DNA of 62,365 nt, the filler included, from Globobulimina sp. (taxonomy: Eukaryota): assembly GCA_003354225.1 (NCBI GenBank). It is 25 parts of 25 records of this genome, joined end to end, with 100 filler letters (N's around TTAATTAATTAA, not from the genome) between each part and the next. Parts side by side here need not be neighbours in the genome. Positions count along the whole stretch, not along the records: positions 37,492 to 39,889 come from PIVH01006911.1; positions 39,990 to 42,387 come from PIVH01006912.1; positions 42,488 to 44,885 come from PIVH01006913.1; positions 44,986 to 47,383 come from PIVH01006914.1; positions 47,484 to 49,880 come from PIVH01006915.1; positions 49,981 to 52,377 come from PIVH01006916.1; 19 more parts are not named here. One strand, 5' to 3'. The translations under genes were made by a program, and so were the position numbers. Below the pieces are notes generated by a model. The model made no database searches, was not told the DNA's origin, and saw nothing but the letters and a program-made list of their open reading frames with translations. Positions 37,801-50,892 of this stretch are shown piece by piece; position 1 is the first letter of the stretch, and the number at the start of each line of letters is the position of its first letter.

Positions 37801-38913
37801 AAACACCATACAACTAGAAAAACGTTTTATTTCACAGGTTGCCATGGTTACGAAAGTAAACAAAATACCCATTCTAATTGCAATATGCATTTCCGTCAGA
37901 TCAGAAATTCTCTAAACAGAGTCGTTCTGTCCCTACGTTGAAGGATAGCCGGAACAGGTTTTTAATTTCACTCAATTGGCCAACAAGGCCATATCGGAAT
38001 ATTATAATAGTAGACACACATTTTACGTAAACAAAAACTATAGGCCGCTACACATTGTATATCTGCATGTTTGTGCACCATTTGCATAGTTTTAGTAAAT
38101 CCTGGAAAGTCAGGTATTAGCAATGATTTATGTATGGCTGATTCTCGGTGTATTAATATGGCGTTTCAATGGCACACCATAATTCATCAGATTTCCGTAT
38201 ACTTAGAATAATCAATTTTGATTCATTTTCAATATTTGCATACATTGCTAGTACGATTTGCTTAAATAATAAGATAACGAATAAAGGAATATCAAATTCC
38301 GAATATTGAACACTTCGTAATCACAGATAGATTCTTTAATTAGATAATGAGTCATTCCGACACAAGAATATGAAAGATCGAAAGTAAAAGTAAACGTCTA
38401 CGCAAACAGTGAAAGTTAAGTATATTTATCACGATGTAACAATACAACTGTAACAATAACTGTCACTTCAGGGGTAAGATGTATCGGCAATATAGCGGGG
38501 CAAATACCGGTTGTCCCCTAATCGTCCTAGGCCCTCTTGCATATCAATCACTAGACGCACTCTCGCACACCGGTTATCCCTCTATACAATACCCCTCGAT
38601 GAATAGAGGCCAATTATCTCGGCCCCCTCGCGCGTTCCATTGTTAACCAATTTCCAGACTAAATTCCAGACATTACGCCGGCGAGCGCTTCCCCAGTACG
38701 GTGTGGCTACGTGTAATGTGTTAGATAGCTCTTCGGTAATGATGACGCCACCAGATTCGGACAATGTACTTCAACCACCGGCCTACGAGGATTTAGAAGC
38801 CCTAGAGCTTACCGATTTGGACAATTGGATCAGCTTTTTGGCAAAAAATGACCATTATTCTCCACAAGAATATATAAGATTCTTGTTCACCGCGGCTTGC
38901 GTACAGCACGAAG

Positions 38914-39327
38914 ATGTATGGGCTGAAAGCCCCACTATTTTCTCACCATCTCAAAATGGCATTGGATAAAGGTTTCGAAGGAATTTTGCACGATTATTTT
39001 ATTGTGGAAGTGGTCAAAACAAGTCAATTTTATGTTAAATTATGCAGACATGATGTCAAATACGAAGCTAAAATCAAGAAACTCGTACCATCCATCACTC
39101 TCGTATATCAACAGTATTGGATAAGTGGAAAGAAAAGTGAGTGTGTACTAGTTTTATTAACGACCGATTACGTAGGAAACCAGTATTTAGATAAATCTAA
39201 AAAAGGACATAATTGTTATTGTAACGCGAAACAGCGTGGTAGTGACAACACATGTATACTGAAATGGGTCATTAAAGTATCTACTTATAAATATGAGACG
39301 TGTTTGTGCGTGTATATGTGTTATTAA
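38914..39327 (+). CDS. Hypothetical Cys-containing ORF inside a repeat-rich contig
   Basis: ORF with CYC...C; overlaps ORF 38640-38969 in another frame; function unknown. Confidence 0.25.
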   Translation: MYGLKAPLFSHHLKMALDKGFEGILHDYFIVEVVKTSQFYVKLCRHDVKYEAKIKKLVPSITLVYQQYWISGKKSECVLVLLTTDYVGNQYLDKSKKGHNCYCNAKQRGSDNTCILKWVIKVSTYKYETCLCVYMCY

Positions 39328-39411
39328 AAATTTCAAAATTAATGCTAATTAAGTTAATCAAATATGCAAATTTCGATTTTACGAATAATTGTCGACAGAC
39401 ATTGAAAACTG

Positions 39412-39889
39412 CATCGATCGAGAGCTAATAATGTCACGAATCAAACGCGATCAAATAAATTACCAATCGATTATCGGCTTAAAGTCGATAAATTTCGGTA
39501 CTTTCTAAACGTTAATCAGCGACTTCGATACCTACACCGATCGAAAGCTAATAATGTCCCGAATCAAACGCGATCGAATAAATTATCGATCGATTATCGA
39601 TTAAAAATCGATAAATTTCGATACTTTCGAAACATTGATCATTGACTTCAACAGTGACATCGATCGAAAGCTAATAATGTCCCGAATTAAACGCGATCGA
39701 AAATCAAATAAATTATCGATCGGTTATCGATTAAAAATCGATACTTTCGAAATTATTTCGATGCACTTTGACACCTACATCGATCAAAAGGTTATAGTCT
39801 CGCGAGTATAATGCGATGGAAGAATTGATTAAATTATCGATCGAAATCGATAAATTTTGATATTTTCAAAACGTTGTTGATACACTTTG
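39412..39889. repeat. Tandem repeat, about 4 units of about 120 bp, rich in ATCGAT/TCGA
   Basis: CGATCGAAAGCTAATAATGTCCCGAATCAAACGCGATC-like core recurs near 39415, 39538, 39661 and, degenerate, near 39781. Confidence 0.9.
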
Positions 39890-39989
39890 NNNNNNNNNNN
39901 NNNNNNNNNNNNNNNNNNNNNNNNNNNNNNNNNTTAATTAATTAANNNNNNNNNNNNNNNNNNNNNNNNNNNNNNNNNNNNNNNNNNNN

Positions 39990-40509
39990 TTGTGATGCAG
40001 AAAGAAATAAAATTGAAAAAGAACTTTCTTTGATAAAAACAGAAAAAGAGAGAACATATTTATGCGAATATCGCAATAATTTAAAGCAAGCATTGCATAC
40101 AATGACTAAAACCATTTGCAAAGAGTATTTATTTCGCATTGAATTACAAATATTATATACGGATATTGATCATTTCGGTCATGTAAATTCCGCTGTTTAC
40201 GGAGAGAAAATTGAAAATGCATTGATTCAATATGATGCAAATATGTATGGCGCAAAATATAATACAAAAGAGATTACATTCAATTATGTTCGACAAATGA
40301 AAATTGATAGAGCAAAATGTGAAATTCAAAATGCTTTGGAACTGTGTGTTGTTAAAATATGCAATGATGAAGAAAGCAAAGTTAATGGTATTTGTGAGCG
40401 GGAAATCATTGGTGTTGTTGAGAAGGAGAATGATTTATATGTTCAGTTTAGACTGGTTTTAGTGCCTTATAAACATCACAGACTGTTTGCAATAAATAGT
40501 ATGTTGTAA
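39990..40509 (+). CDS. HotDog-fold thioesterase (acyl-ACP/4HBT-like), 5' truncated
   Basis: Y.DID.FGHVNSAVY...IE motif; I.FNY..Q. Confidence 0.75.
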
Positions 40510-40816
40510 ATATATACTACATAATAATAATAAATCTAAAACAAGGTTGTATGTACAACTGAAACAATAAACTGCGCATATTCGCAAGTCGACAAATACT
40601 GTTTCTATTTGACATTATATGACAGTATAGCGTCCATATTGTTTCTGTCATATGACCGTATATTGTTTCTATTTGTCCACATTGTTTTTGCAAATTAATG
40701 GTATTTGCAGCACAATTGGTACAAAGACAGACGCTCTACTTTAAGGTTTACCGTACGTATTTCTGGTTTCTTGCCATGCATATTTACTTTCACCTAACAA
40801 TTAACATTCTATACAG

Positions 40817-42372
40817 GACCAATTGGAGTGCCATTTCTTGGCAATTTATTATCAGCAGCAAATCTTGTGAATTTTGGAAATGATTTATATAATAATTACG
40901 GTAATGTAACAATGATTTATTTCGGTTCACAAAGATATGTACATTTACATACCATTGATGTCATTACAGATGTATTTAAAAAACAAAACGTTATTAACCG
41001 AAGTCTTGGCAAAGGCTTTCATTTACAGCATATTAGGCCAGCTCTACAAAGCATTGCTGTGTCAGGTACAAAATATTGGTCCCCAAAACGTAAAAGATTT
41101 CAAGCCGTTACATCTTCCCTAATAAATAACTCGTTATATCTAAATCGGTCATTTAATTATTCATTCAATGATCATGTGATTAACTCCATTGATGACTGCA
41201 TTGACAATGAGAAATTATGGTATCCAGCTGCAGATATTGCATATTTACATTTTAATTCAGTTTGGAGTGCAACATTTCAGTGTGATTTGTCATTTGATGA
41301 CAAAGATCGAAGCGAATTGATGCAAATTATGGACGATACTGTAAAACAAATGGGAAGAAATGTATTGGCAAAAAGTTTCGGGATTTTTTATAAAATGATA
41401 CCTCAATTTATGGCGAATCGAATGTTTAATGCCTTTCGCGAACTCACTAAATTCATTGAAAAATCAATATATAAATACTGTAAAGCAGAAAATGGTAAAA
41501 TGTATGATCGAGCGGTGTTTGATATGAAAAATACAGAATGGAATCAACATTTTGACAATGCTTTAAAATCTCGCGACGTGAGTTTCGTGACAAAATTAAT
41601 CGCTGTTCATCGAGCAAATCCTGTCGAAGATAGCACGAAAGCTGCAATTTTGGGTGAAATCGGCACATTACTTGAAGCAGGAATTGATTCTACAATGAGA
41701 GCCTCTGAATATTGCTTAATTTTATTGGCAAAATCACCGCAAATACAAGAGACAATTTATAATGAAATAGTGGCAGTATTTGGTGATGATTGGCAAATGG
41801 AAACGATTTCCGCTTTCAAACTCAATGCGGTACATTTTTTAAGAGCATTTTTATTCGAAGCCATCAGAATATCATCGATTGTGGCCATTGGTGTTCCACA
41901 TACAAATGATAAGGGCATTTGGGTTAAAAATGCAATTGATAGTAATGGTAATTTGTATGATTGCTTTATCCCAAAAGGCACCGAAATTATAATGAACGTA
42001 GTAAATGCCAATAGAAATGATAAATATTGGTTAAATAAAACAAATCATAAACCAATGGCTGTCCATCTCAATTTATGGTTAGATAAAAATAATAAATTTA
42101 AAATGAATGCGAACAAAGATAAAATGATGTCATTTGGGATAGGTATGTGATATGTTTCTGATATATTAGTCATATACAGATGATAAACATAATTAGGAAA
42201 GCGAGATTGCGCCGGAGCATCATTAGCAAAACGCAGTTTATTAGTTTTATTTGCAAAGTTTATATTAATGTATAAATTTAGTGTTGATGACCCAAATCTT
42301 GAAATTAAACAAAGATTTGATTTTGGATTCTCCATTGATCCACAAATTCCGATCAAAGTACAGAAAAGATAA
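40817..42372 (+). CDS. Cytochrome P450; last intron 42143-42196, N-terminal exon unresolved
   Basis: GPIGVPFLGNL hinge, AGIDST I-helix, EAIR K-helix, IPKGT, heme motif FGIGKRDCAG after splicing. Confidence 0.95.
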
Positions 42373-42505
42373 AAATAACTATATATTNNNNNNNNNNNNN
42401 NNNNNNNNNNNNNNNNNNNNNNNNNNNNNNNTTAATTAATTAANNNNNNNNNNNNNNNNNNNNNNNNNNNNNNNNNNNNNNNNNNNNACCAACAAAGCAG
42501 TTTCT

Positions 42506-43393
42506 ATGTTTTTAGTTGGCATACTGTTAATCGCTACAATATATTCATTCATGTACAATGTCAGATGGTTGGACAACACCATTACAAAGAATACCATAAC
42601 CCGAGTCATTGGACATCCAGCGGTGCACATTCCGTTTCCATTTTTAATATTCCAAATCGGATTCAACAAAGCCGGAACCGAATGCCTTTATAAATTCTTT
42701 AAACGCAATGACATTCCGTCAATACACAGAGCCGGAGAGGTCCATTCACAAATTATGGAAGCATTCAATGCAAAGAATGGATTTTTGATGAATTATTATG
42801 TAAAAGATGATGCGAATAAAAAAATGGTGTTTACGGACTTCGGTATCACTGTACATACATCGGATTACAATAAATTATATGATATATGTATGCAATATGA
42901 CACATTTGAAAACAGATCGGCAAAATGTGAGTATTTATTTCCTATACTGGATGGACAATATGCAAATAGCAAATTTATATTAAATATTCGAGATTTTAAT
43001 CATTGGCTCCAATCAAAATTCTTTTGTGCTCACTGTAAAAGACGCAATGGATTGATATGGCATAATAACGGATATAGTTTAAATGATATTGTATTTAGAT
43101 TGGAATATGTTTATTATTCCTATCATTGTGATGTTATCCATTATTTTAAGCATCGACCGAATGATTTGTTGATATATGACATTGAAAATGATACTCAACA
43201 AATTATAATTGATTTTTTCTATCCCGACCTCAATTTGACAGAGAAAAGAGCGTCGAAACACAATGCTAAGCAATATGCAAAGCGTTATGATGCAAAATGG
43301 AATAAAACACAAGAACTATGGAATAGAATAATTGATACTTATCTGGTTCCAATGGCCAGTGGTATGATGGAACAATATACAAAAATACGTTGA
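42506..43393 (+). CDS. Sulfotransferase-family protein with N-terminal membrane anchor
   Basis: IFQIGFNKAGT P-loop-like PAPS site; Y.NSKFILNIR....WLQS; V..YF..RP.DLL. Confidence 0.75.
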   Translation: MFLVGILLIATIYSFMYNVRWLDNTITKNTITRVIGHPAVHIPFPFLIFQIGFNKAGTECLYKFFKRNDIPSIHRAGEVHSQIMEAFNAKNGFLMNYYVKDDANKKMVFTDFGITVHTSDYNKLYDICMQYDTFENRSAKCEYLFPILDGQYANSKFILNIRDFNHWLQSKFFCAHCKRRNGLIWHNNGYSLNDIVFRLEYVYYSYHCDVIHYFKHRPNDLLIYDIENDTQQIIIDFFYPDLNLTEKRASKHNAKQYAKRYDAKWNKTQELWNRIIDTYLVPMASGMMEQYTKIR

Positions 43394-43633
43394 TACGTTT
43401 GTGTTTGAACCAGACCAAATTGCATAGTTTCTATAATTCTATATTGAGTCGTATCTCATGACAATGTTTCAACATTGTACGTCTCATAAATCCAATTCAG
43501 AAACGCGGTGAGGACCAAAATATTATAAGAGCATGAGGACCTTTGTCCATTTAAAAGTGTTCTATTTTTTTCTATCCTCGCACATAAAGGGAAATTGTGC
43601 ACTGAGGCAATAAAACATGCACTTAAATAAAAC

Positions 43634-44885
43634 TCAAGCAATGTTATTCAAAATAGCAGTGATAATGAGATAAATAGTGGCACACATTCCAGCATTGCAT
43701 GGTACAGTAATAATCCATGTCGCAATAATTTTGAACAATATTTTCAAATTCATTTTTTTAACTCGAAATAAACATTTTCCACAACAATCCATAGCATCAT
43801 ATTCATGTTGTAATGTAAATTTTTTTTCTCTTCCCATTTTGTTACGTATTACATTCTCTTTTTTTGCATTGTAAAATGCAACACCAGAGATTGCACCAAT
43901 TATAACCGTAGAAGAGGATACAGGCAATGCCAAAATATCGCAAACTAAGACAGTGAATGCAGATGCATATTGTGCAATAAATCCGCTCTCATAAGTAACC
44001 TTTGTAATTTTTGTGCCAACAGTCTCCAAAACACCTTTGCCAAACAATACAAAACCAACACCGATTGCGATGCCGCCCATTCCTGAAAGCCATAATGGTA
44101 TCGATGCGCCTGTTTTGAATTTAATTATCTGACTGTGCAGCAGTCAGAATTTATTGCTTGTATATACCTGGTGTTATTTTCCCATCTGTTTCGTATTGAA
44201 ATATTTGTCCGAATGGTCCCAACACATTGGCAACATCATTCCCGCCGTGCGCAAATGAGACCGACGCAGATGCGATAACCAGATACAACGAAAAGTAATC
44301 CATATTGTTAAAAACACCATAATCCTTAATATTATTATCATTGTTATAATATTTATTTATATACCATTTCCTATAAAATGGTTCCATAACATAGCCAATA
44401 CCCATTGTAATCAGCAATGCAGCAATACCAATTATAATAAATATCCACCATTCGACCATACCTAATATCGCAATTGATTTGGGTCCAGCTGCCAATATGA
44501 ATAATATTAATGTACTGCATAAAATTGCAAATATAATTGAAAACTTTAATGCTTTTGGCTTTGTTGCTGGTTCAAAATGCTGCGACAAATCAAATGTTTT
44601 CTTAACATTTTTTAAATCGTATTCTTTTTTATCATCGTTGAATATTAATGACTGTTCTTCTGCAACATCACCCGAGTCCATATCGAGTGAGCCACCAATC
44701 ATTTCTAATGATAACAATGGTTTTGATAAACACTCGTCATCAAATCGTAACAATGGCCACCAATTGTCACACAAATACATTAACAACAACGCCACAAAAA
44801 ATGAAAGAAAGGGCGTCACGACCCATGATATAACAAGGGTTCCAACCACATAGATCAACAAAGATATACCCATTAACAAATCAAA
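43634..44885 (-). CDS. PiT/PHO4 (SLC20) inorganic phosphate transporter, 5' truncated; intron near 44168-44111
   Basis: SWV.TP, SFAHGGNDVAN, G..V.ETVG.KIT, LPVSS....IGA, I...WIITVP. Confidence 0.92.
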
Positions 44886-45131
44886 NNNNNNNNNNNNNNN
44901 NNNNNNNNNNNNNNNNNNNNNNNNNNNNNTTAATTAATTAANNNNNNNNNNNNNNNNNNNNNNNNNNNNNNNNNNNNNNNNNNNNTACATATACTGATTC
45001 GCAACTTAGCCATCTCTAGAAACCAACACCACCAAAATAAATATATTTCTTCAATTACCCCTTTAAATTTGCAGGGGGGGTTATCTATTAAAACTCATCG
45101 TTAAAGTAGTCATCTCATATTTAACGTGATA

Positions 45132-45752
45132 ATGGGTGCTACGGTTCCGATTAAATGTTGTAGTCAAATATTATCGCATGACGACAATGATTTGAGTGGC
45201 GATGAATCGGAAGCATTATTAAATCAAAAAGCAAAAGATACACTCGAACTCGAATCGCAAAACGAAAACAAAATGGATAAGGTCAATGAGTTAGGCAAAC
45301 AAATCCAACATAGTTTAGCCCAAAAACCTAATAAGAACAGCAAATACAGCAACAATTCATTGAATGCGCAACAAAATAAAGCGAAATTACGCAACAAAAA
45401 ATCAAAGAAATTGCAACTCGAGACATTACAAAACGAATTGGAAGAAGCGGAGATTAAATTAAAACAACAAGATCATGAAAAGGAATTATTAAAAAAGGAA
45501 AATGATGCATTACGAATGGAAAATATGAGGCTAAAAACACGGCACATATCAAGAGAGACCAATACTATGAATGGTATAAATGGTATGTCATCAACGTTTT
45601 CATTGCAAGACATAACAAGAGGCTCATTATCGCCTGAACTAAAACCTTTGTCACCGATTACAATCAGCATAACAAAAACAAATATTTCATTACACAACGA
45701 ACAACGATATATGTATCCAATCAGAGAAGGCAGTCAACACAATATTATATAG
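45132..45752 (+). CDS. Coiled-coil protein with possible N-myristoylation/palmitoylation signal
   Basis: MGATVPIKCC start; central heptad region. Confidence 0.5.
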   Translation: MGATVPIKCCSQILSHDDNDLSGDESEALLNQKAKDTLELESQNENKMDKVNELGKQIQHSLAQKPNKNSKYSNNSLNAQQNKAKLRNKKSKKLQLETLQNELEEAEIKLKQQDHEKELLKKENDALRMENMRLKTRHISRETNTMNGINGMSSTFSLQDITRGSLSPELKPLSPITISITKTNISLHNEQRYMYPIREGSQHNII

Positions 45753-45991
45753 ATACTCGTTTTGAGTGTATTTGGTGGTGGCGGTGTCGGGCGGTTTTTA
45801 TAGTGTTTTTATTTTTATTTTGTGTTTACTGTGTTATTCTATGTTGAGTTGAATTTTGGATATTTCTACTCAACAGTTGGCTCTTTAATAAGCGTAAAGG
45901 AAGTAAGTTCTACTCAGCTGCATCTGTGGTTAGTTTTAGAATACTAGTCAGTACTCGGATTTATATCGTCAGAAATAGCACTTCACCCAAT

Positions 45992-47102
45992 ATGGCCAAT
46001 GCAATGGCTGAACAAAATACGACTGCAACGAATAATTTGCATATATCATTTGAAACAGTGATTGGAATATTTTGTATGGTATTTTGCATTTTGGATTGGG
46101 TTGCTTTATCATTATATCTACAAAATGTAGAAACTTCAGATTATGATAAACCATATTTTATCCGTTTTTGTGAATTCAAGCTATGCGTTCGTTGTTATTC
46201 CATGGTATGTTATGAAAAGGCGGTATCAGCATAAAAACAAAGATATTAAATTATTGCACTTGAATTGGAATGATGATAAAAACGAATTGATATTATCAGA
46301 CAAAGAATTGATTAATAAATTGTTACTTCCTATGATTTTATTATCATTTTTAGGATTAATCTCTGGCTATGCTTTTTATTGGTGTTTGAAATATATAAAT
46401 ACAGCCATCGCAAACACGGTATACCAATCAAAATGTGCATATGTTTATATTTTATCGGTTTGTTTTTTGAAAAATGTGCAAATAAATGCACAAAAAATCA
46501 TTGCTGTTCTAGTATCATTGAGTGGTGTTGGATTAATATCATTTTATGGCAATATGGATAATAACGGCGACGGAACACTTTCCAATGAAACAGTGAAGCA
46601 GCAATTATTGGGTTTGATATTATTATCATTTTCAACCATAACTTGTTCCATTTTGGAAGTATCAATAAATTACATTGGAAATAAATGGTTTAGAAAAGAT
46701 AGAAAAATACAGGACACCCTATTATTGCAAACGATGATGGGCATACAAACTGTTTTAATTTGGTGGATATTATTTTTTTTATTCCAATATACAAATATTG
46801 AAAGATTTGAGCTGCCACACACAAAACAACAAAAATTGGGCATTCTGCTCACATCAATCATGACGTTGTTATATAACGGGGCGCATTTTATAGGAATTAC
46901 ATTATTAAACGCATTTGTAATGGCAATGAGTTCATTGTTAGTTATTCCCGTATCATTTATCGCATTACTCATTATATATTCTAACAATCCGACAATTGGT
47001 GGTGTTATTGGCGCCATTCTCGTTATCATTGGCTTCATTTTATTGGAATTTCCAATTAAAAAAATATTTACTTGTAATGAGTGCGATGACAGAAAGAAAT
47101 AA
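45992..47102 (+). CDS. DMT/EamA (SLC35F-like) transporter; apparent 1-nt frameshift in a T-run near 46166
   Basis: YDKPYF in one frame continues as VNSSY in the next; L.Y.N.A....VYQS...YVYILS, K..AV..S..GV; about 10 TM helices. Confidence 0.75.
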
Positions 47103-47227
47103 TGTTTATTCGTGTTCGGACTTTTTAATTATAGTTTTGTATACAACGTATATTTTTTTATGGGCAGAAAACACTTCAACTGAATTGACAGCTGAGTAAA
47201 AAACGTTGCTTCACAATCAGCGACCTA

Positions 47228-47383
47228 ATGATGTCGCTACTCTTTCATTTATTTGGAATCCTATTAACAAATTTAATCGTTTGTGCAGTCAACTTTCCAT
47301 CATGCAATTACTTGACCACCAATTTTGGTTTCCAAGCCATTGATATTTGCACTGTGGGTGGAAATGGTGGTGTTGCGGATATG
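47228..47383 (+). CDS. Secreted protein N-terminus, 3' truncated
   Basis: Signal-peptide-like start followed by a Cys-containing segment. Confidence 0.4.
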
Positions 47384-47708
47384 NNNNNNNNNNNNNNNNN
47401 NNNNNNNNNNNNNNNNNNNNNNNNNNNTTAATTAATTAANNNNNNNNNNNNNNNNNNNNNNNNNNNNNNNNNNNNNNNNNNNNCAACATATCCTGACCAA
47501 TTTTATTATCTTCCGCATTGTAGAGTTGCCTATGTCTTTTTAGATTGGATGTCATGTCTTGCTATATATATATCATCAAAGTTTTTCCACCAAAAAACAT
47601 TTTTAATATTTATAAGCTCTCGTCAGTACCATGTGCTCGCACTGCATAGTCTTGATCGCATAATATTATCTTTCATTGGAACAGGAATTGGAATTGGAAT
47701 TCGATATT

Positions 47709-49880
47709 ATGTCATCGTTTCTATCAGATAATATTAAAGAAATATTTTGCAAATACGATGACAATTATATATCGCCCTCAGTCAAACGCTTTCTTCGCGA
47801 GTCTCTGATCCAATTAATCGAGGTCTCCTTACTATCAATCAACAATAAAAAAAGCATTGCCAAAAACAAATTCAGTCCAAACCACAACTTCTCCAAACAA
47901 CTATCATTATTAACAGAATGGTTGGAGAATTTCATAGAGCCATCACATATCTCCATGTACGCACAGACTACCATCCATATCATCCGCCAGTTAGAAAAGA
48001 ATGTGGTGCTTAGCAGTGGCTCCCATCATCATAGACACCATCACAGACACTCATTATCCTCACGCACACCGAGGCAGTCCATGTCTATCACCAACACACC
48101 GACAGATTTTGCCATGACCCCCGTCGAAGAGCAACATAAAAAATTTCAAAAATTGAGCTTATTTGCCCGGCTTAGCGGCAACAGCGGCAATAAAAACAAC
48201 AACACAGACAGTAATAGACAGTATTTAGATGATGAGGATTTGAAATATAACATGGACCACAAAGGCAGTGTTCCGCGCAGCAGTTTAACTGTAAATAGCC
48301 AAACCTCTGAGATCCGTTTAGCGATAAATACATCGCCGGCGCATCAGATCAGTCATTCGGACGACATCTCTGGTGATCTAAACTGGAGTACTTACGAGAA
48401 AATGAGCATAATATTAATCGGCGCATTGACGAGTATATTAAATAAATTATTGAAACGATATAACTATAAAGTAAGTGTAATATTTGATGATCAGTTTGAT
48501 AAAATTATTGACGATGTTATAAAGTTTTTATTCAGCAGATTGACATTGCAGTTTACGGATAAATTTCGAGGCATTATTGGGGATTGTCTAGGTACCATAC
48601 CTTTGATTTTGAAAATGGACATATGAGTGTATCAAATGTGTGCTTTTATAGGTGTAATATCAAGGAAATATTTGCAAAAAATATGTGAAAGAATACATGC
48701 CCGATGGGCTGCGTTTGGCGATTCCAAGAAAAATGTGAAAGGAAATGGTATTAAAAAATTTGCTATTTTGCATAGGGCCGTCAAGTATTTAGTATTTGAT
48801 ATTTATGGCAGGAACAGAGACGCAGCGATCGATTATCTCACTCATTTGGTATGTACCTAATCCCTACACATTTATATATAAATTGTTATCCTCGCACTTA
48901 TTAACACATACTCAGTGTATACGAATGCAACGAACAGAAAAAAGGATATTACGACAACAAATATGCCACTCCTTATTGCATATATTCGATACAATATCGC
49001 CACAAAAGAAAGATGAGATTAATAAAGCACGAGAAGACGAGGACGCCTATGAAGATAAGCCATTTATACGTCAATGTCCAAAGGATTCCGATGAGGAATT
49101 CTGGGTTTTATATTATACCATATTTAACATTGTGGAACAATGGAGCCATAAGAAAACATGCACCATATTCTGCTATGAGTTGATTGTGCAAATGATGTGT
49201 TGCGGCAACTTGCCGTTTTATTTACATGTTTTGAAATATGAACCAAAGTCAAAGAGTGGATATATATTACCCTCATTGCATAGGAACAAAAATAAAAATA
49301 TGATCAATAGTTCCTTAGAACTGGAGAAGCAAAGCAGTAACACCAAAAGAAGCAAAATCTCTGCGTTGCCGGACAATCCCTCAAAATCGCCCATTATCAA
49401 GTTCTTAATTAGTAATTTGACGAATGAAAATACAAAGCGGGACACATTGCGGGTTATATTACAATTTGTACAAGAATTACCGGAAGAATTTGTGGTGGCA
49501 GACAATGAGTGGTATGCACAGTTGTTGCATTACTTAGAGGATAAAATCATATTATCGTCGAATCCCAACCAACCAAACGAGTTAAAAATCATTGCCGCCA
49601 TATTTACTGCCTTTGCGGAGAGGGATGGAAAGAGTTATTTTGTGCCGGCTATACAACGATTATTGGTAGATAATAAATTATGGTGGAATAGAATTGGACT
49701 AGAAACATTACATCACGCTGTTGTCGTATTTGGCCATTCATTGTCAAAATATAATTTCACGCTCGGCGCATGTCTCTCACCGTTAAGTATTATATAGCCT
49801 CAAAGCCTATACCTTGCATGTGACATTGCGTAGTTTTCACCATTTTCTTTAAGTGTGACTCAAGCTTAAAAATGTCTGAA
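47709..49880 (+). CDS. Large helical-repeat protein, probably Furry/Tao3 (MOR2-PAG1 N-terminal region); multi-exon, 3' truncated
   Basis: LL.EW, IIGDCLG|VIS, AVKYL.F.IY and LRQ.IC..L..I resemble the MOR2-PAG1_N pattern; introns near 48592-48651 and 48850-48915. Confidence 0.45.
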
Positions 49881-50028
49881 NNNNNNNNNNNNNNNNNNNN
49901 NNNNNNNNNNNNNNNNNNNNNNNNTTAATTAATTAANNNNNNNNNNNNNNNNNNNNNNNNNNNNNNNNNNNNNNNNNNNNATTTGGTTTGAAATATTTAT
50001 ATTTAGTTATTTTATATATAAATATTTA

Positions 50029-50892
50029 ATGTACAATAGGCGTGGATTTGATTTTTTAGATACAAGTACAATAACATCAGATGTTAATCAAACATCAAAA
50101 CGAAAAAGAAAAACAATACTTTTTAATGAAAAAGAAAAAGTAACTTTAAACAATTTTGATATTTTTGTTAGAGATGATACTAATGAAAAAACAAATTGGT
50201 ATGACTATATTAGAATGGATAAAACTCAAGCATTTGTTCCACAAGCACGAGACATATATCAATATACAACATTACAGCAATATATTGATCCGACTCATAT
50301 ACAAACTCTAAAACATGATCCTGTACAAGATGCTATAACTTTAGAGAAAGTAATGAAAAAAGAAATGTTATTGGTAGCAATAAATTCTAAAGGTGAAATT
50401 TTTATTAATACCCAAGGTGAAACAATACCAAAACATTGGATTTTTTCTGATGTATTAGTAAGTAATATTGCTGTCAAAACAACAGCTTTAAAATATTTGA
50501 ATGATAAATTCAAACAAGGAGGAGTTTTTGCGTCTTCTGATGAATATAAATTAATGTTAAAAATGTTAAGTGAAAGTATTAATAAAGCAACATCAGATAC
50601 AAGCGTTATTGCTAGGAATACTATTAAAGGTATTCTTGCACTTGTTTGTAACTATTTCACTGGTCAAACGGTACCAGATCTATGTCAGATTACAGCAGAT
50701 CTAACTACAATTACAGCAGAAAAATTGTGGGAGCTATTTTCTGAAAGTGGTGTTGACAAAGCACCTAAAGGGTTGTCAGCTCTTAGACCAAATGTACAAG
50801 CAACAAGTTCATATAAAATGATAGATCAATCAGACGTTAGGGATGGCTTTCAAGAAATTATTCCCAAGCTGGCTTTCAAGAACGACAATTAA
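50029..50892 (+). CDS. Orphan viral-type protein, possibly 3' truncated or fused
   Basis: 287-aa intronless ORF preceded by TATATATAAATATTTA; no recognised motif. Confidence 0.6.
   Translation: MYNRRGFDFLDTSTITSDVNQTSKRKRKTILFNEKEKVTLNNFDIFVRDDTNEKTNWYDYIRMDKTQAFVPQARDIYQYTTLQQYIDPTHIQTLKHDPVQDAITLEKVMKKEMLLVAINSKGEIFINTQGETIPKHWIFSDVLVSNIAVKTTALKYLNDKFKQGGVFASSDEYKLMLKMLSESINKATSDTSVIARNTIKGILALVCNYFTGQTVPDLCQITADLTTITAEKLWELFSESGVDKAPKGLSALRPNVQATSSYKMIDQSDVRDGFQEIIPKLAFKNDN

Noticed and set aside
39412-39889. CRISPR array
   Set aside because: Units are homologous along their whole length, with no unique spacers; no cas genes; eukaryotic context.
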